64,000 bases of DNA from Octopus sinensis (GCF_006345805.1 NC_042998.1:6138001-6202000), one strand, 5' to 3'. Shown: positions 14,066-27,179, counted from the stretch's first letter. The notes: generated from the sequence alone by a model not told the origin. Numbers and translations: made by a program.

Positions 14066-14193
14066 TTTTACTCTTTTACTTGTTTCAGTCATTTGACTGT
14101 GGCCATGCTGTAGCACCACCTTTAGTCGAACAAATCAACCCCAGGACTTATTCTTTGAAAGCCTAGTACTTATTCTATTGGTCTCTTTTTCCG
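14066..14193 (-). mobile_element. SINE family A, 3' arm only
   Basis: tactcttttacttgtttcagtcatttgactgtggccatgctg...ggtctcttttt. Confidence 0.85.
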
Positions 14194-14796
14194 CAAAAAT
14201 TGATTCAGAGGAAAAAGTAGAGCAAAATAATCTAACAGTTTTGTTTCCTTGGAAAGACTGTAACTAGGCCTAATATCTCCTTAAAAATGACTTAGTAAAA
14301 CAGTTTGAAATTCTTACCATATCCAGGTAGAAGTTCCTTCATTTTTTTCTTTTTTCCATCACTATTAGAACTGTTGTCAGAATCGTTTCAGTTTTGGAAA
14401 AAGAAATATGATTCTTAACCCAATATGTGGTTTATATGTTTGTTGTATATTTTCTTAGAGTTTTCTGTCTTCTTCAAAAATACTTCGAATTCAAACTCAC
14501 TGTTTGACAACATTTTCCGTGTGTAGTGAAACATTTCAGAAAAGGAAAGTGGGAAAAGAAAAGAAAAAAAAAAAACAGGATGGGGAGAGGGGGGGGGGAA
14601 TAAAATAGAATCTCCAAAGATTTGCAGTGTACAGATACAGACAATAATGGTGAACAGTTTACATAGTGAAACCATGTGTTTTCATGAATATACTTCAGAA
14701 GACTTTCAGTGAAATTCTCAAAATATGAATAGGTCATTTCAACAGTTTTGGGCAGTTTGGTAATATAAACAAATTTTATTTTCGGCTCACTACAAG

Positions 14797-14865
14797 TGGA
14801 TAGGCCCTACATGGCCTTGCTTTTTGCTTTTTGAGCCAAAAATTAACTAACTAACTGATTAACAA
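14797..14865 (+). mobile_element. Very short 3' tail of the same CR1/L2 family
   Basis: ccctacatggccttgctttttgctttttgagccaaaaattaactaactaac, near-identical to 56781-56834. Confidence 0.82.
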
Positions 14866-15225
14866 GCTGAGCATTTGAGGTTTCGCTAATGCAGCATTGG
14901 AAGTGGAAGAAATTTATTTCATCCACCCACGATATAAGAGATGTGAAAAATCACTTGAAGGAGAGAAGCCAAAACATATTCTTAAATATTCTAGAGTTCA
15001 ACCAGCAAGAAAGCACTCACAGAACCATCATTTTACAAATGCAAAGAATTGAGGGGTCAGAAAATAGAGCAAATGACACAGTCGTGAATAGAAAAAGTGC
15101 CTCAGGCTAATATGAGACACCAAACAATACATCACTAAGGGCAAAGATAAAGAACAATGCAGGTAAGATTTCAAAAAAGATATCACATAAAAAGCAACCT
15201 TGCCGGTGCCACATGAAAGCACCCA

Positions 15226-15325
15226 NNNNNNNNNNNNNNNNNNNNNNNNNNNNNNNNNNNNNNNNNNNNNNNNNNNNNNNNNNNNNNNNNNNNNNNNNNN
15301 NNNNNNNNNNNNNNNNNNNNNNNNN
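15226..15325. other. Assembly gap (100 N, probably unknown size)
   Basis: Run of exactly 100 N. Left edge is a family-B fragment (tgccggtgccacatgaaagcaccca) and right edge is (TA)n-rich. Confidence 0.99.
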
Positions 15326-15661
15326 ATAAATACATATATATATAAATACAACATACGAATACTTACATATACGAACATATATATATATATATATGTGTGC
15401 GTGTGAAGAGTTACCAAGACTACAAAGACTATTTTCATTGTTTGTTATGGAAGGTAAGCAAAGCTGGAAGTCTTTGATAAAGAATACTGCTACAACGACC
15501 CAAATTTTCAAATATGAGAGATAGTAACAGAGTAAAAATATGAATGACTATTGGTGTTATTAACAGAACATTAGAAATTTTGTGATAATAGGCCTGTAAA
15601 TAAACATTACTAAAATAAAACAAAAATTATATCCGAAAACATTTGATCTTTGTCTTCTTAC

Positions 15662-15840
15662 CTTGATTCTGAATGCCAGACAAATGGTTTTTTCTTGGAT
15701 AGTTCAATAACTCCAGATAATGACTCGGTGAATGTAGCACTGAACAATAGTGTCTGCCGTTTTTCTGGTAGCACATTGAAGATGGTTTCCAGTTGCTCAC
15801 CAAAGTTATCTTCCAGGAGACGATCAGCTTCATCCATAAC
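15662..15840 (-). CDS. DDX49: Internal coding exon of a DEAD-box RNA helicase (DDX49/Dbp8-like), motifs II and III
   Basis: Manual translation gives VMDEADRLLEDNFGEQLETIFNVLPEKRQTLLFSATFTESLSGVIELSKKKPFVWHSES plus 2 nt. It carries DEAD and SAT motifs and resembles recalled human DDX49 (VMDEADRLLE...RRQTLLFSATLT...PFFW). Acceptor cttcctttaatctctatag, donor AG|gtaag, 179 nt, phase 0 to phase 2. Confidence 0.88.
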
Positions 15841-16396
15841 CTATAGAGATTAAAGGAAGTAGATGTCATTATCTGTGAACACGCACAACAACTTATCAAT
15901 TCAAATTTCTACACAGAATTTGGCAGAACAAAGAAAAGAAGGAAAGAAAATCTAATGGAAAGCTGAGAGAAAATAAAAACAAAAAAATAAAAAGCAAAAA
16001 ATTTGGATCATCATAATTTCTGGATTTCTTTTTCGTTTTTCTTTTTACTCTTTTGTGATGGTGACGACTATGTATACTTTGTTAGTTTCATGAAAGTTTC
16101 ACAATGAATTCCTCAGAAAAAGTTATGCTTTCCATTTGTCACAGTTGTTAAAACAGTAAAGTGAAATGGAATGAACAGTAGGAAGCGTTTAAGAATAATT
16201 ATTTAACACTGTGCCAACTTTTCATCTGATGAAAACATTAAAACACAAACACAAACAAACTACATTAATGCATAATAATAAGACATGTGACCACAAGAAT
16301 AGAAATATTAGGAACAATGTTCTTTCTTCTCAATTGAGACGATAGTAACAGTTTTCCATTAAGATAAACACACTGCCATCCATTGTTCAGTGAAAA

Positions 16397-16433
<37 letters not shown>

Positions 16434-17128
16434 TAGATGGTTGGTTGACAAAATTTTTATATTTTGTTATGTGAATATGATAAAATGAAAGAACATATTA
16501 AGAATAAAGAAAGATAATAGTTTCCATCACTGGTTAAATCCTCTTGAAATGGTATTTCTAGCAAGAATACATTCTGCCTCGTGTGTTTTAATTTTCAAAG
16601 TAATTAAGAATTATTAGAGATTTGGTGAATTAACTAACTTTCAATTCAGTAACAATACTTCCTAATTTTAGAACAAGGCAAGCAATTGTAGGAGTGAATT
16701 GACTACATTGACTGCAGTATGTGACTGGTACTTTGATTTTATCAAATCCAAAAGCTGAAAAGCAAAGGTGACGGTGATGGTATTTGAACTCAGAATGTAA
16801 AGAACCAGAAGAAATGATACTAAGCATTTTCTCTGAGACATTCTCAATTTTCCCAGCTCATGACCATTTCCAAGTTAGGAATAATTGTTTAAAAATTTGG
16901 CAAAAAAGAAATTATTTTAAAGGAAGGGTTGTTTTCATTACACTGACTCCAGTGTTCAAATGGTACTTATTTTACAGACCCCAGAAGGATGAAAGGCAAA
17001 GCCAACTTGGACAGGATTGGAACACAGGTCATAAAGAACCTCAAGAAATTTCACTAAGAATCACTAAGAAGATGCCTTTGATGAGAACCTAATGTTTGAA
17101 AATTGATTAAGGTTGTTTGTTTCTTCTG

Positions 17129-17531
17129 TAGGTGCAGGAATGGCTGTGTGGTAAGTAGCTTTCTTACCAACTACATGGTTCCGGGTTCAGTCCCACTGCA
17201 TGGCATCTTCGGCAAGTGTCTTCTACTATAGCCTCGGGCCAACCAAAGCCTTGTGAGTGGATTTGGTAGATAGAAACTGAAAGAAGCCCGTCGTGTATAT
17301 GTATATATATGTGTGTGTGTGTGTGTGCGTTTGTGTTTGCCCCCCCTCCCAACATTGCCTGACAACCGACGCTGGTGTGTTTATGTCCCCGTAACTTAGC
17401 GGTTCAGCAAAAGAGACCAATCGAACAAGTACTAGGCTTACAAAGAATAAGTCCTGGGGTCGATTTGCTCGACTAAAGGTGGTGTTCCAGCATGGCAACA
17501 GCCAAATGACTGAAACAAGTAAAAGAGTAAA
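17129..17531 (+). mobile_element. SINE family A
   Basis: Full head, microsatellite and 3' arm. Confidence 0.9.
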
Positions 17532-17818
17532 GCATTTTATCCAACTCACAATTCTACCAGTCCATTGCTTTCCTTTTCAGTTTAGTAACCAATTTAGTAA
17601 TAATCATTTCTTCTATATGCACAAGGCCAGGAATTTTGGAGGAAGGTGCCAATCAATAACATCAACCCCAATGCTTAACTGGTACTTCATTCTTCGATCT
17701 CAAAAAGGACAAGAGGCAAATTTGAACTCAAAACGTAAGAAAGACATACAAAATGCTGTTTAGATTTTAGTCCAGCGTACCAACTGTTCAGCCAACACAC
17801 CAACTTTTTCACTCAAGT

Positions 17819-18105
17819 AATCATCATCATCATCATTTAACGTACGTTTTCCATGCTAGCATGGGTTGGACGGTTCAACTGGAATCTGGGAAGCCAGAAG
17901 GCTGCACCAGGCCCAGTCTGATCTGGCAGTGTTTCTACAGCTGGATGCCCTTCCTAACGCCAACCACTCCATGAGTGTAGTGGGTGCTTTTTACGTGCCA
18001 CCGGCACAGGTGCCAGACGAGGCTGGCAAACGGCCAGGGACGGATGGTGCTTTTTACGTGCCATGGGCATGGAGGCCAGTCAAGCGGTGCTGGCAACGGC
18101 CACAA
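17819..18105 (-). mobile_element. Retroposon family B
   Basis: Reverse copy starting with (CAT)n. Confidence 0.87.
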
Positions 18106-18622
18106 ATGGTTCTTACCTACTGAAATCAAATATAATCTTTTAAGACTCATCATCTGAATTTAGATTCTAAAATAAATTTTTTTCAAATAAACAGAGGCTG
18201 GTTTAAGCAGCTTGAGGCAGAAAAGGCTTAGAGGGTTATCTTTCAAGGTAAGTATAAGCTTGATCAGTTTTCATACACTAGCTCCTCCCCATTGATTTTC
18301 TCATGCTAACCTATGAGATCACAAGGTGAGAGAGAGAGAGTGATCCTCTCTAGATTTCTAAAGGACCTGTTGCTAGTCTGGTAGTGGCAGGGGATGGGGG
18401 GGGTCATTGGCTGGGCGGAGTTAGTGTGACGAGTGTTTAACTTTTAACAGATGCAATGAAGAATGGTGACAGAATATGGAAATATAATAGAGGTAGTATT
18501 AGTGGTGGTGGTGGTGGCAGTAATGATGAGGATATAGAAATACGAGAGGAATATCATGGAAGAGAGAGAGGATGAGATACAGTGTTTATAAAAATATAAG
18601 GAAAAATACTGAGAGAGAGACA

Positions 18623-19028
18623 TAGGCGCAGGAGTGGCTGTGTGGTAAGTAGCTTGCTAACCAACTACATGGTTCCGGGTTCAGTCCCACTGCGCTGGAA
18701 CCTTGGACAAGTGTCTTCTGCTATAGCCCCGGGCCGACCAATGCCTTGTGAGTGGATTTGGTAGACGGAAACTGAAAGAAGCCTGTCGTATATATGTATA
18801 TATATGTATGTATGTGTATGCATATGTTTATGTGTCTGTGTTTGTCCCCCTAGCATTGCTTGAAAACCGATGCTGGTGTGTTTACGTACCCATCACTTAG
18901 CGGTTCGGCAAAAGAGACCGATAGAATAAGTACTGGGCTAACAAAGAATAAATCCCGGGGTCAATTTGCTCGACTAAAGGCGGTGCTCCAGCATGGCCGC
19001 AGTCAAATGACTGAAACAAGTAAAAGAG
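18623..19028 (+). mobile_element. SINE family A
   Basis: Full-length copy starting taggcgcaggagtggctgtgtggtaag. Confidence 0.92.
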
Positions 19029-19174
19029 AGAGAGAAATGGATTGAACCGAAACAGAGAAATGACTGTAAATCTGCATGTGAGTGCGCATGCATGCACACG
19101 TGCATTCTTATGTTTGTGTCAGTGAACTGACAAATGACTTTTGTACTGACGCAATGAAATATGTATGCAGATAT

Positions 19175-19562
19175 TACTCTTTTTACTCTTTTACTTGTTC
19201 CAGTCGTTTGACTGCGGCCATGCTGGAGCACCAACTTTAGTCGAGCAAATCGACCCTGGGACTTATTCTTTGTAAGCCCAGTACTTATTCTATCGGTCTC
19301 TTTTGCCGAACCGCTAAGTGACGGAGACGTAAACACACCAGTATCGGTTGTCAAGCAATGCTAGGGGGACAAACATATACACACACGCATATATATATAT
19401 ACATATATATAAAGTTTCCTTTTACCAAATCCACTCACAAGGCATTGGTCGGCCCGGGGCTATAGCAGAAGACACTTGCCCAAGGTGCCATGCAGTGGGA
19501 CTGTACCCGGAACCATGTGGTTGGTTAGCAAGCTACTTACCACACAGCCACTCCTGCGCCTA
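19175..19562 (-). mobile_element. SINE family A
   Basis: Full-length reverse copy. Confidence 0.92.
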
Positions 19563-19949
19563 TGTGAATGATTTGTGTAAAAGTAAAACAGAATTGTATG
19601 GAGGATTTTCAATTTGTAAGTGTTAGAATCTGTTTAAGACTGAGAAATGGTTCCTCACCAGGGAGGGGGAACAAAAAAAAAAAAACCTCAGCTTTTTTTT
19701 TCTCTTTTTTCTGCCGCCACCCACCTCCATACAATTTGGTTACAATAAATGCAAGAAATTTCCCCATAATGTATCATTAGAGATTGTCAGACCCTGGCAG
19801 GTGTTAAGAGCGAGACATTTTGAACTTTAAATCATCAAGTATTCATTATAGTAGCCATTAATTATAGCTTTGAGGACTGTCTCCACACATCAGACACAAA
19901 TCAGTTCAGAAGATAATAACAAAATACAGAGGGGACACCAACAGGGACA

Positions 19950-20480
19950 GGTGTGTGTGCGTGTGTGTGTTTATGTGTGCATGTACATATGTATATGTGT
20001 GTGTGTGTATATATATAAACACATGCACACACCTGTCCCTGTTATACATTTATATATATATATATACATTTATATATATATACATGCATATATATATATA
20101 TATATATATATAACATGCATATATATATACATATATATATACATGCATATATATATACCATATATATATATACATGCATTATATATATATACATATTATA
20201 CATATATATATAATACATATATATATATATACATATATACATATTATATATACATATATATATATATAATATGCATACATATATATATGCATACATATAT
20301 ATATGCATATATATATACATACATACACACACATATATATACATATATACATACATACATACATACATACATACCTATATACATACATATATATATACAA
20401 AGATATATATAAAACAAACACACACATGCATATATACGCACACACACACACACATATGCATACATGTACATATATACATC
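19950..20480. repeat. (TA)/(CA) compound microsatellite
   Basis: Direct inspection. Confidence 0.95.
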
Positions 20481-20793
20481 ACCTCATCCTCATCATCATC
20501 ATCACCATTATCTAACACTTTCCCATTCTGGCATGGGTTGAATGGTTTGACAATATATGGCAATTGAAAGGGCCACGCTGAGCTTCAGTGTTAGCTTTGC
20601 CATGGTTTCTACAGCTGGTTGCCCTACCTCACCCCACCTACAGACACCCACAAGCAGACACAATACAGTTGTTATTTAACCCCAGGTCAGTTCTAATTTA
20701 GCAGAACTCTGATCTAAGATGTTCCACTAATGACCACCACCTGCAGTCATTCTATATCAGGGGTTATATTGCAGCAAAGCATTCTTTCCTTAA

Positions 20794-20996
20794 CCCTTTA
20801 GTATTCGGATCCCTTTGTCGAGTGTGATCCTTATTGATTCACATTGTTTTTAATTAAACAAGCATTCCAGTGATGTGCCTGTTTAGTTTAACGATGACAT
20901 TGTAGGATAGGTGTAAGAGGCTGGATTTAGTCAGTTTGCATGTAAAACAAGTAGAATATTTTAGGCTGGATATGGCCAATTTAAATGCTAAAAGGG
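20794..20996. mobile_element. piggyBac-like MITE family P1
   Basis: TTAA TSDs; ends ccctttagtatt / aatgctaaaaggg. Confidence 0.78.
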
Positions 20997-21189
20997 TTAA
21001 GAGACTGAGGTATAATTTTGAGCTACCTCTTGAGCACACACATAAAGTACATACATATTTTGTATGTCCTTGCGTTTTTGAGTTCAAGTACCAACATGGT
21101 CAAATTTGACTCTTAGGAAATAATGAAACTTACTTGTAAATAGGTGAGGGGTTGTTGATAGTAAGGGCATCCAACAAGAGAAAAATTTC

Positions 21190-21420
21190 ATTTCTTTATT
21201 GCCCACAAGGAGCTAAACACAGAGGGGACAAACAAGGACAGACAAAGGGATTAAGCCAATTACATCGACCCCAGTACATAACTGGTACTTAATTTATCGA
21301 CCCTGAAAGGATGAAAGGCAAAGTCGACCTCCGCAGAATTTGAACTCAGAACGTAACAGCAGACGAAATACTGCTAAGCATTTCGCCCGGCGTGCTAACA
21401 TTTTTGCCAGCTCACCACCT
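21190..21420 (-). mobile_element. CORE-type SINE (family C)
   Basis: Homologous to 4839-5071. Confidence 0.85.
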
Positions 21421-22538
21421 ACAGGAGAAAATCTGCCTGAAATAAACTCCATTCAATCCATGCAGGCATGGAAAAGTGGAGATGACGACGATGATGATGA
21501 TGATGATGAAATGTTCCCAAGATGTTTTGAGCAGTCGAAATTCCATCCTTGGAGTCTCAGAAGATTTCTAGTTATAACTATATAGTTTTCATGATTGGCT
21601 GATAGGCATAGATACTACCTGACAACACAAGTAAGAACTCATACAGCCAAGGAGAATAAACTTCTAGTGGATGTTGCTTAGTAGAAGCAATACAGATAAA
21701 CTGGAAGTTTGAATATATTCATCATCTTTTTTTTATTCTTTTTGCATTGTGTTGTAGAGGCTATTGGCTTTCTTCAAATCTTGCTTTAAAAGTCCATTTA
21801 TTATTATTATTTTTTTAAAATAGAGTAGTTTAGGTGAAACATTGTATGTAACAATACAAATTGTTATTAGTTTTTGTAGGTCTTTTTTTCTTTTTTCGCG
21901 CCACCATTTTATTCTATCAAAAATATTCTACTCAGGTACCTTGAATTTTTATCTTGTTTGAGTGAACAAGCAATACTATAATCCCCATTCTTTTATTTTT
22001 TTTTTTGTTGTAGCAATGTGTTTATTCCAAAAGCTATAAAAGTTATGACTAAAAAAAGAAAATTCAGTAATGACAACAACATTCCAAATACTGAATGACA
22101 TTTTTAGTGATTCTGTATATTTATATGAACAGATAATTAAATTTAGGCTGATTTCATATCATTCCAGACGTTTCTTCTTTAAAATAATGTTTTCGAACTT
22201 GAAACTGTTATCAGGAAATATTTTCGTATTTAGAGTTTTATGAAAAAAAAAAAAAAATGTCACTTGACAACTATAGAATTTAAAAATTTTTCTTGATTTT
22301 CTATATTAAAAAAAGATGTTAATTCCGTTTTCATATTTCAAATGAAATTCTAATACCTGATAACTAAAGTATTTTATACAGACAGAAAATAATACCATTG
22401 CCAAATAAACCTGAAATAAACAATTACTTTAATACCTTCTTGAAGCAACACAATCAGCTTTTCAAAATTAGGAAATATTACAGTATAAACTGGAATTACA
22501 TTGCCATATTGCCCATTCTTAATATTTCATATCTTATT

Positions 22539-22690
22539 AAGGCAGTGAGCTAGCGGAATCCTTAACATGCCAGGCAAAATGCTTAGCAAAATTTTGTCTG
22601 TTTTAACGTTCAAATTCCACCGAGGTGAACTTATCCGTTCAGGGGTCAATAAAATAAGTACCAGTTCATCACTGGACAGGCAATGGATCA
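22539..22690 (+). mobile_element. CORE-type SINE (family C), diverged and partial
   Basis: aaggcagtgagctagcggaatc...ggggtcaataaaataagtaccag. Confidence 0.7.
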
Positions 22691-25440
22691 GCAATTTTTT
22701 ATATCATTGGAATGATGGTGATGATGATGATGATAATAATGATGATGATGATGAGCTTGTTGCAAAAAACGTGAGAGAAAGCAACAATAAGTTAAGTAAA
22801 CAAAGATGACAATGTTGGCTAAAAGTACTCAGGATAAATCACAAGAAGAACAAGAAAGGGAAAGTAAAGGTGAAAATAAAAGACTAAGTGTGCATAGAGA
22901 AGTCAGGAGTAATGTTGGTAAATTCCAGGAAGCATGGCATCTTTGAAGGATACAGTGCCTTGCCAACAAAGCAACTTGCGCAAGTGGGAGATTGTACTAC
23001 GCATGGGCAATTCTGAGTAGTGTCAGGTCACTTGTTGAGCTCTCTTATGTGTGCTATTGGTAAAATGGAATCCGGTGCAACCTGTTGCATTGTTGAGTCA
23101 TTGGTGACTAAACCAGCACTCAACAAAGCTTGCCTAGTGAGGGTTGCTAGAAACCCAGCAGGACTGAAAGCAAGACCTGCCAAAAGGATGGTTGAACCTG
23201 GTCTAGTTCAACAACTATCTACCAATAGCACAGGACATCAGAAATTCCAGGTTGGAGTCCGGTGTGCTGGAAGAGCACTGGGAGTGAGGCAACCCTTAGC
23301 TTTCGCTAAAGCATGTCTCTAAAACTTGCTTCAAATCCAGGCTACATTTGCTTTGATAATCGGCAGTGATTTGGTCAACAATCGACAGCAAGATGTGCTG
23401 TTATGGATCATGCTACCCCAATGTATGTATGCATGTGACTGGTCATCACATGTAAACTTGTGTTATCACTGAAAGTCCAAACAATTGGAGATGGGTTAAC
23501 CCAACTGAGGTGAATCCTACCAAAAGTTGAATCAACTCAATTCTGAAGATGAACAAATGCTGCTAAATCTTTTAAGTCATATTTCGTTTTTGGATTTGGT
23601 TTGCAAGATTCTTTATATGCGTTCGTGTGTTGAAGCATATTCTGTTGTGTCTGGGGAGAGTCATTCTCTTTTAGTGCCTTATTATTTAACACACTCACCG
23701 GTAAAATTTCCACTTATTTCTTATTTTTTTTATTTTCCTAAAATTTTGGCTACATCTTGCAACCTTTTCAATAGTCTTGATTGTGTAATATTTTTTTAGA
23801 TATTATACACATTCCCATAAAGAGTAAAGATATTAAATTCAAAAATGTAGTAGTTATAGTTGTTGTTGCAAAGATTGCGGATACTCTTGCAGATTCTACT
23901 AAATCAGATGCTTTGGTGTTGATCCCCAGAGAAGCAAGATTCTCAAGAAATTGTGACTAATAGAGAATATTCATTTGGAAGCACATCTCTGATGAGCATC
24001 CAGTTGATTGATATGCTGGACAAAATGGGAATTTGAACTGGGAATACAAACTATGTGGATATACTATAGCTTAAACAGTTAGCAAGCCTGCATCAGACAT
24101 AACATCTCTCTTACTGACTGACGCTAAGACACCTTCATCGGTTTCAACAGTTCCAGAAATGGGGTCACTCTGATGAAGGTCATTGTTGATAATAATGCTT
24201 AGATTTTGTTCACCAGCAAACTATTATCAAAGGAAATCCCAAATATTTTTGGTATAAGCATAATGCACTCCTCTTCAGCTTACTTTCAGTAGCTAATCTG
24301 TAGATCGTTGCTATCTTGTACTCCAATCAGATTGCAGAAAACGTCTATAGCATACACAATGGGTTCTTTTGATCTCATGGTACAGATTGATGTATTTGCG
24401 TATTTGTTCCAGAGTTAAACATTCGAAATTCAAATCCTTCCGAGGTCAACTTAGCCCTTCATTCCTCAGATTTGATACAATACACAACCAGTCAAGTACC
24501 CAGGATCGATTTAAAAGAATCCCACCTCATGAACTACTGGCATTGTACATAAATTACAAACAATATTTTAGGACAACGAGCTGGCAACTTCATTAGAACA
24601 TTAAAAAAAAAAAAAAATTCCTTGAGGTAATTATTTCAGCTCTTTGCACTTTGAGTTCAAATTCTGTTGTAGTCATCATTCTGGGGTCAATAACAAAAAT
24701 TATCAGTCAAGTACTGGAATGCTCACTATCAATTAACCCTTATTCCTTCAAATTTGTTTGCTTTGTACCTAAATCAGGAACAATTATTTATATTATTCAC
24801 CGTGGAAGCTCTTACTTTTCTCTTAATCATAATATTGTTCTAGATAAATGTTTCTCTTAACCTGTTGAACGAATCGTTTAATTATATTTGTACAGCACTG
24901 AAGTCCCTTTTCCTACCATCCACATCTGACTATTTCAAATTATCTTCCTCAACAGGTTAAACTTCAATTTTATATTTAAAAAGTATTTTCTTTTCCATTA
25001 TTCTTTCTGATTAAAGAAGCTTGTGCCTTACACAAAGGAAGAAGACCTTATCTGATGCTGTATTTTAAAAGATTTGGTGGGTTTTCCACCCCTACACTGA
25101 AATATTAAGTGAGTTTAATGCTAGAAAAAAGATATTTAATGAAAAGAATTTGGAATAAAGAGAATCGTTTAGATGGTAGATTGGAATTTTCTTGTGATGT
25201 TTAGGTCATTACAAGTTCGCTCAATCCATTCAGAAGTGCAATTTTTTTTTTCCTTCTCTCCTTAAATTGTTAGTTAAAATTTAACCCTTTCAAAGATGCA
25301 TTGAATAAGCACAAATTTTGAAACAGTCACTTGTGTATAGTAGGGGAAAAAATCATCTGAGTCTACATAATATTAAGAGTAACGTATAGCAGAAGGAAAT
25401 ATGCTTATTAACGAAAAGAATGATGAGAGGGAGAGAGGAG

Positions 25441-25668
25441 GCATGTATATGTATGTGTTTGTGTGTCTGTGTTTGTCCCCACCAACATCGCTTGACAACC
25501 AATGCTGGTGTGTTTACGTCCCCGTAACTTAGCAGTTCGGCAAAAGAGACCGATAGAATAAGTACTTGGTTTACAAAGAATAAGTACCGGGGTTGATTTC
25601 TTCGACTAAAGGCGGTGCTCCAGCATGGCTGCAGTCAAATGATTGAAACAAGTAAAAGAGTAAAAGAG
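25441..25668 (+). mobile_element. SINE family A, 3' half
   Basis: Microsatellite plus 3' arm, no head. Confidence 0.85.
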
Positions 25669-25880
25669 TGTATAGCTGTGCATTCTCTCCTTTCCTTATG
25701 CTGAAATAGTAAGGCAACATGTGCAAGTGAGAGGTGTCTAATGTTTCAACAAAACTAAAACAAAATATAAGCTATAATACTCTAGTAATCTGTCTAGAAG
25801 AAAATTACATAAAATCAAAACAATCTGTATGAGATGTCTTCTATTTTATCAATCAAACTGACAAACATTATTATTGATGC

Positions 25881-26111
25881 AAGGCGGCAAGCTGGCAGAA
25901 TGGTTAGCACGCCAGGCGAAATGCTTAGTGGTATTTCGTCTGCCGCTATGTTCTGAGTTCAAATTCCGCCGAGGTCGACTTTACCTTTCATCCTTTCAGG
26001 GTTGATAAATTAAGTACCAGTTATGCACTGGAGGTCGATGTAATCGACTTAGTCCCTTTGTCTGTCATTGCTTGCCCCCTCTATGTTTAGCCCCTTGTGG
26101 GCAATAAAGAA
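25881..26111 (+). mobile_element. CORE-type SINE (family C)
   Basis: Full-length copy. Confidence 0.87.
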
Positions 26112-27179
26112 TTTAATTAAAATTGATGCAAGAATGAAAATAAAATCTAAAGGCCCTGAATGGAATGGAGCTGTATTTCTTGAACATTTAACACTTTTGT
26201 TACCAGATTTCTGTTAAAATATATTATTTCTGTTACAAATGATTTTGAAAATATTTAAGAAATTACTAAAATAACATTGCCATTATTAATCTGCTTGGAA
26301 CATAAATCAACGCAAAATTTTGATTGGATTTAGATCACTTTAGAATGAAATCCGGTTCACAGAGCCAAAGTCAGTTTCAAGTGGGTTGTGTGAAAAGGAA
26401 TAAATCCAGGTCATCGCTGAATATGTAAACTATAGAATAAAGGGGAAATATGTTCTTAAAATTGCTAACACAATAATTAGATATAGTCGAAAACAGACAA
26501 TGGACAAGATAAAACCAAATAACAAAGGCTACATCGCAAGTAATTGTTTGGAATGTGTTAGAATCTACCTGCTAACAAGTATAGTAAGCAGTTGAATAAA
26601 ATTAAAGAAATATTGGAAAGGTTTCAATTAAGCTTCAATTGCTTGAGACTAAGTATGTTGGAGACTAAACAAAAGATGAAACGAATAAGATGGTTCTTTA
26701 TGGCAGGTTTGGAGATTCTATGATATAAAGACATAGGAACGACTGTCAATTATCAACAACATTTCTGATAAATTTCTTTTATCTGATTGGATGGTCATTG
26801 GTGGATTAGACAGTCAAATAGAGGGAAAATTTTCTTTTTTTAAAAAAACTAACAGAAAATAAACTTCAGTGCAGACCTGAAGTAACTAAAGACAGTCGTT
26901 AAACCCAATTGATCTACTTACAATAGACACTAAAGTTTCTACCTGAGTTTTGTAAATAGTTTTCTATTATCAGAGATGAAAATTGCAAAATTCTTGACAG
27001 TTACACTATTAGCGGTATTTGTAAATCTTCTCTGATCAAGTTTCAATGTGATTTTCATATTCTATTCCTTTACATGTTTCAACGTTTAAAACAATCTGTT
27101 GTTACGTGGGCTGATGCAGAGCTTATCAATTCAGAAGGATAAAAAGCAAAAAGAAAAAAAAATAAACATCAAACACTCA

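Noticed and set aside
14889-15162. Plus-strand ORFs and a CAG|gtaaga donor just before the gap
   Set aside because: All frames have stops close upstream of the donor, and there is no recognisable homology.
18623-18700. tRNA-like A/B-box sequences at SINE heads
   Set aside because: No complete cloverleaf; they are the heads of high-copy SINEs, not tRNA genes.
23989-24040. CTGATGA followed by gcat...atgc (possible hammerhead)
   Set aside because: No GAAA after the putative stem II and no stem I or III pairing.
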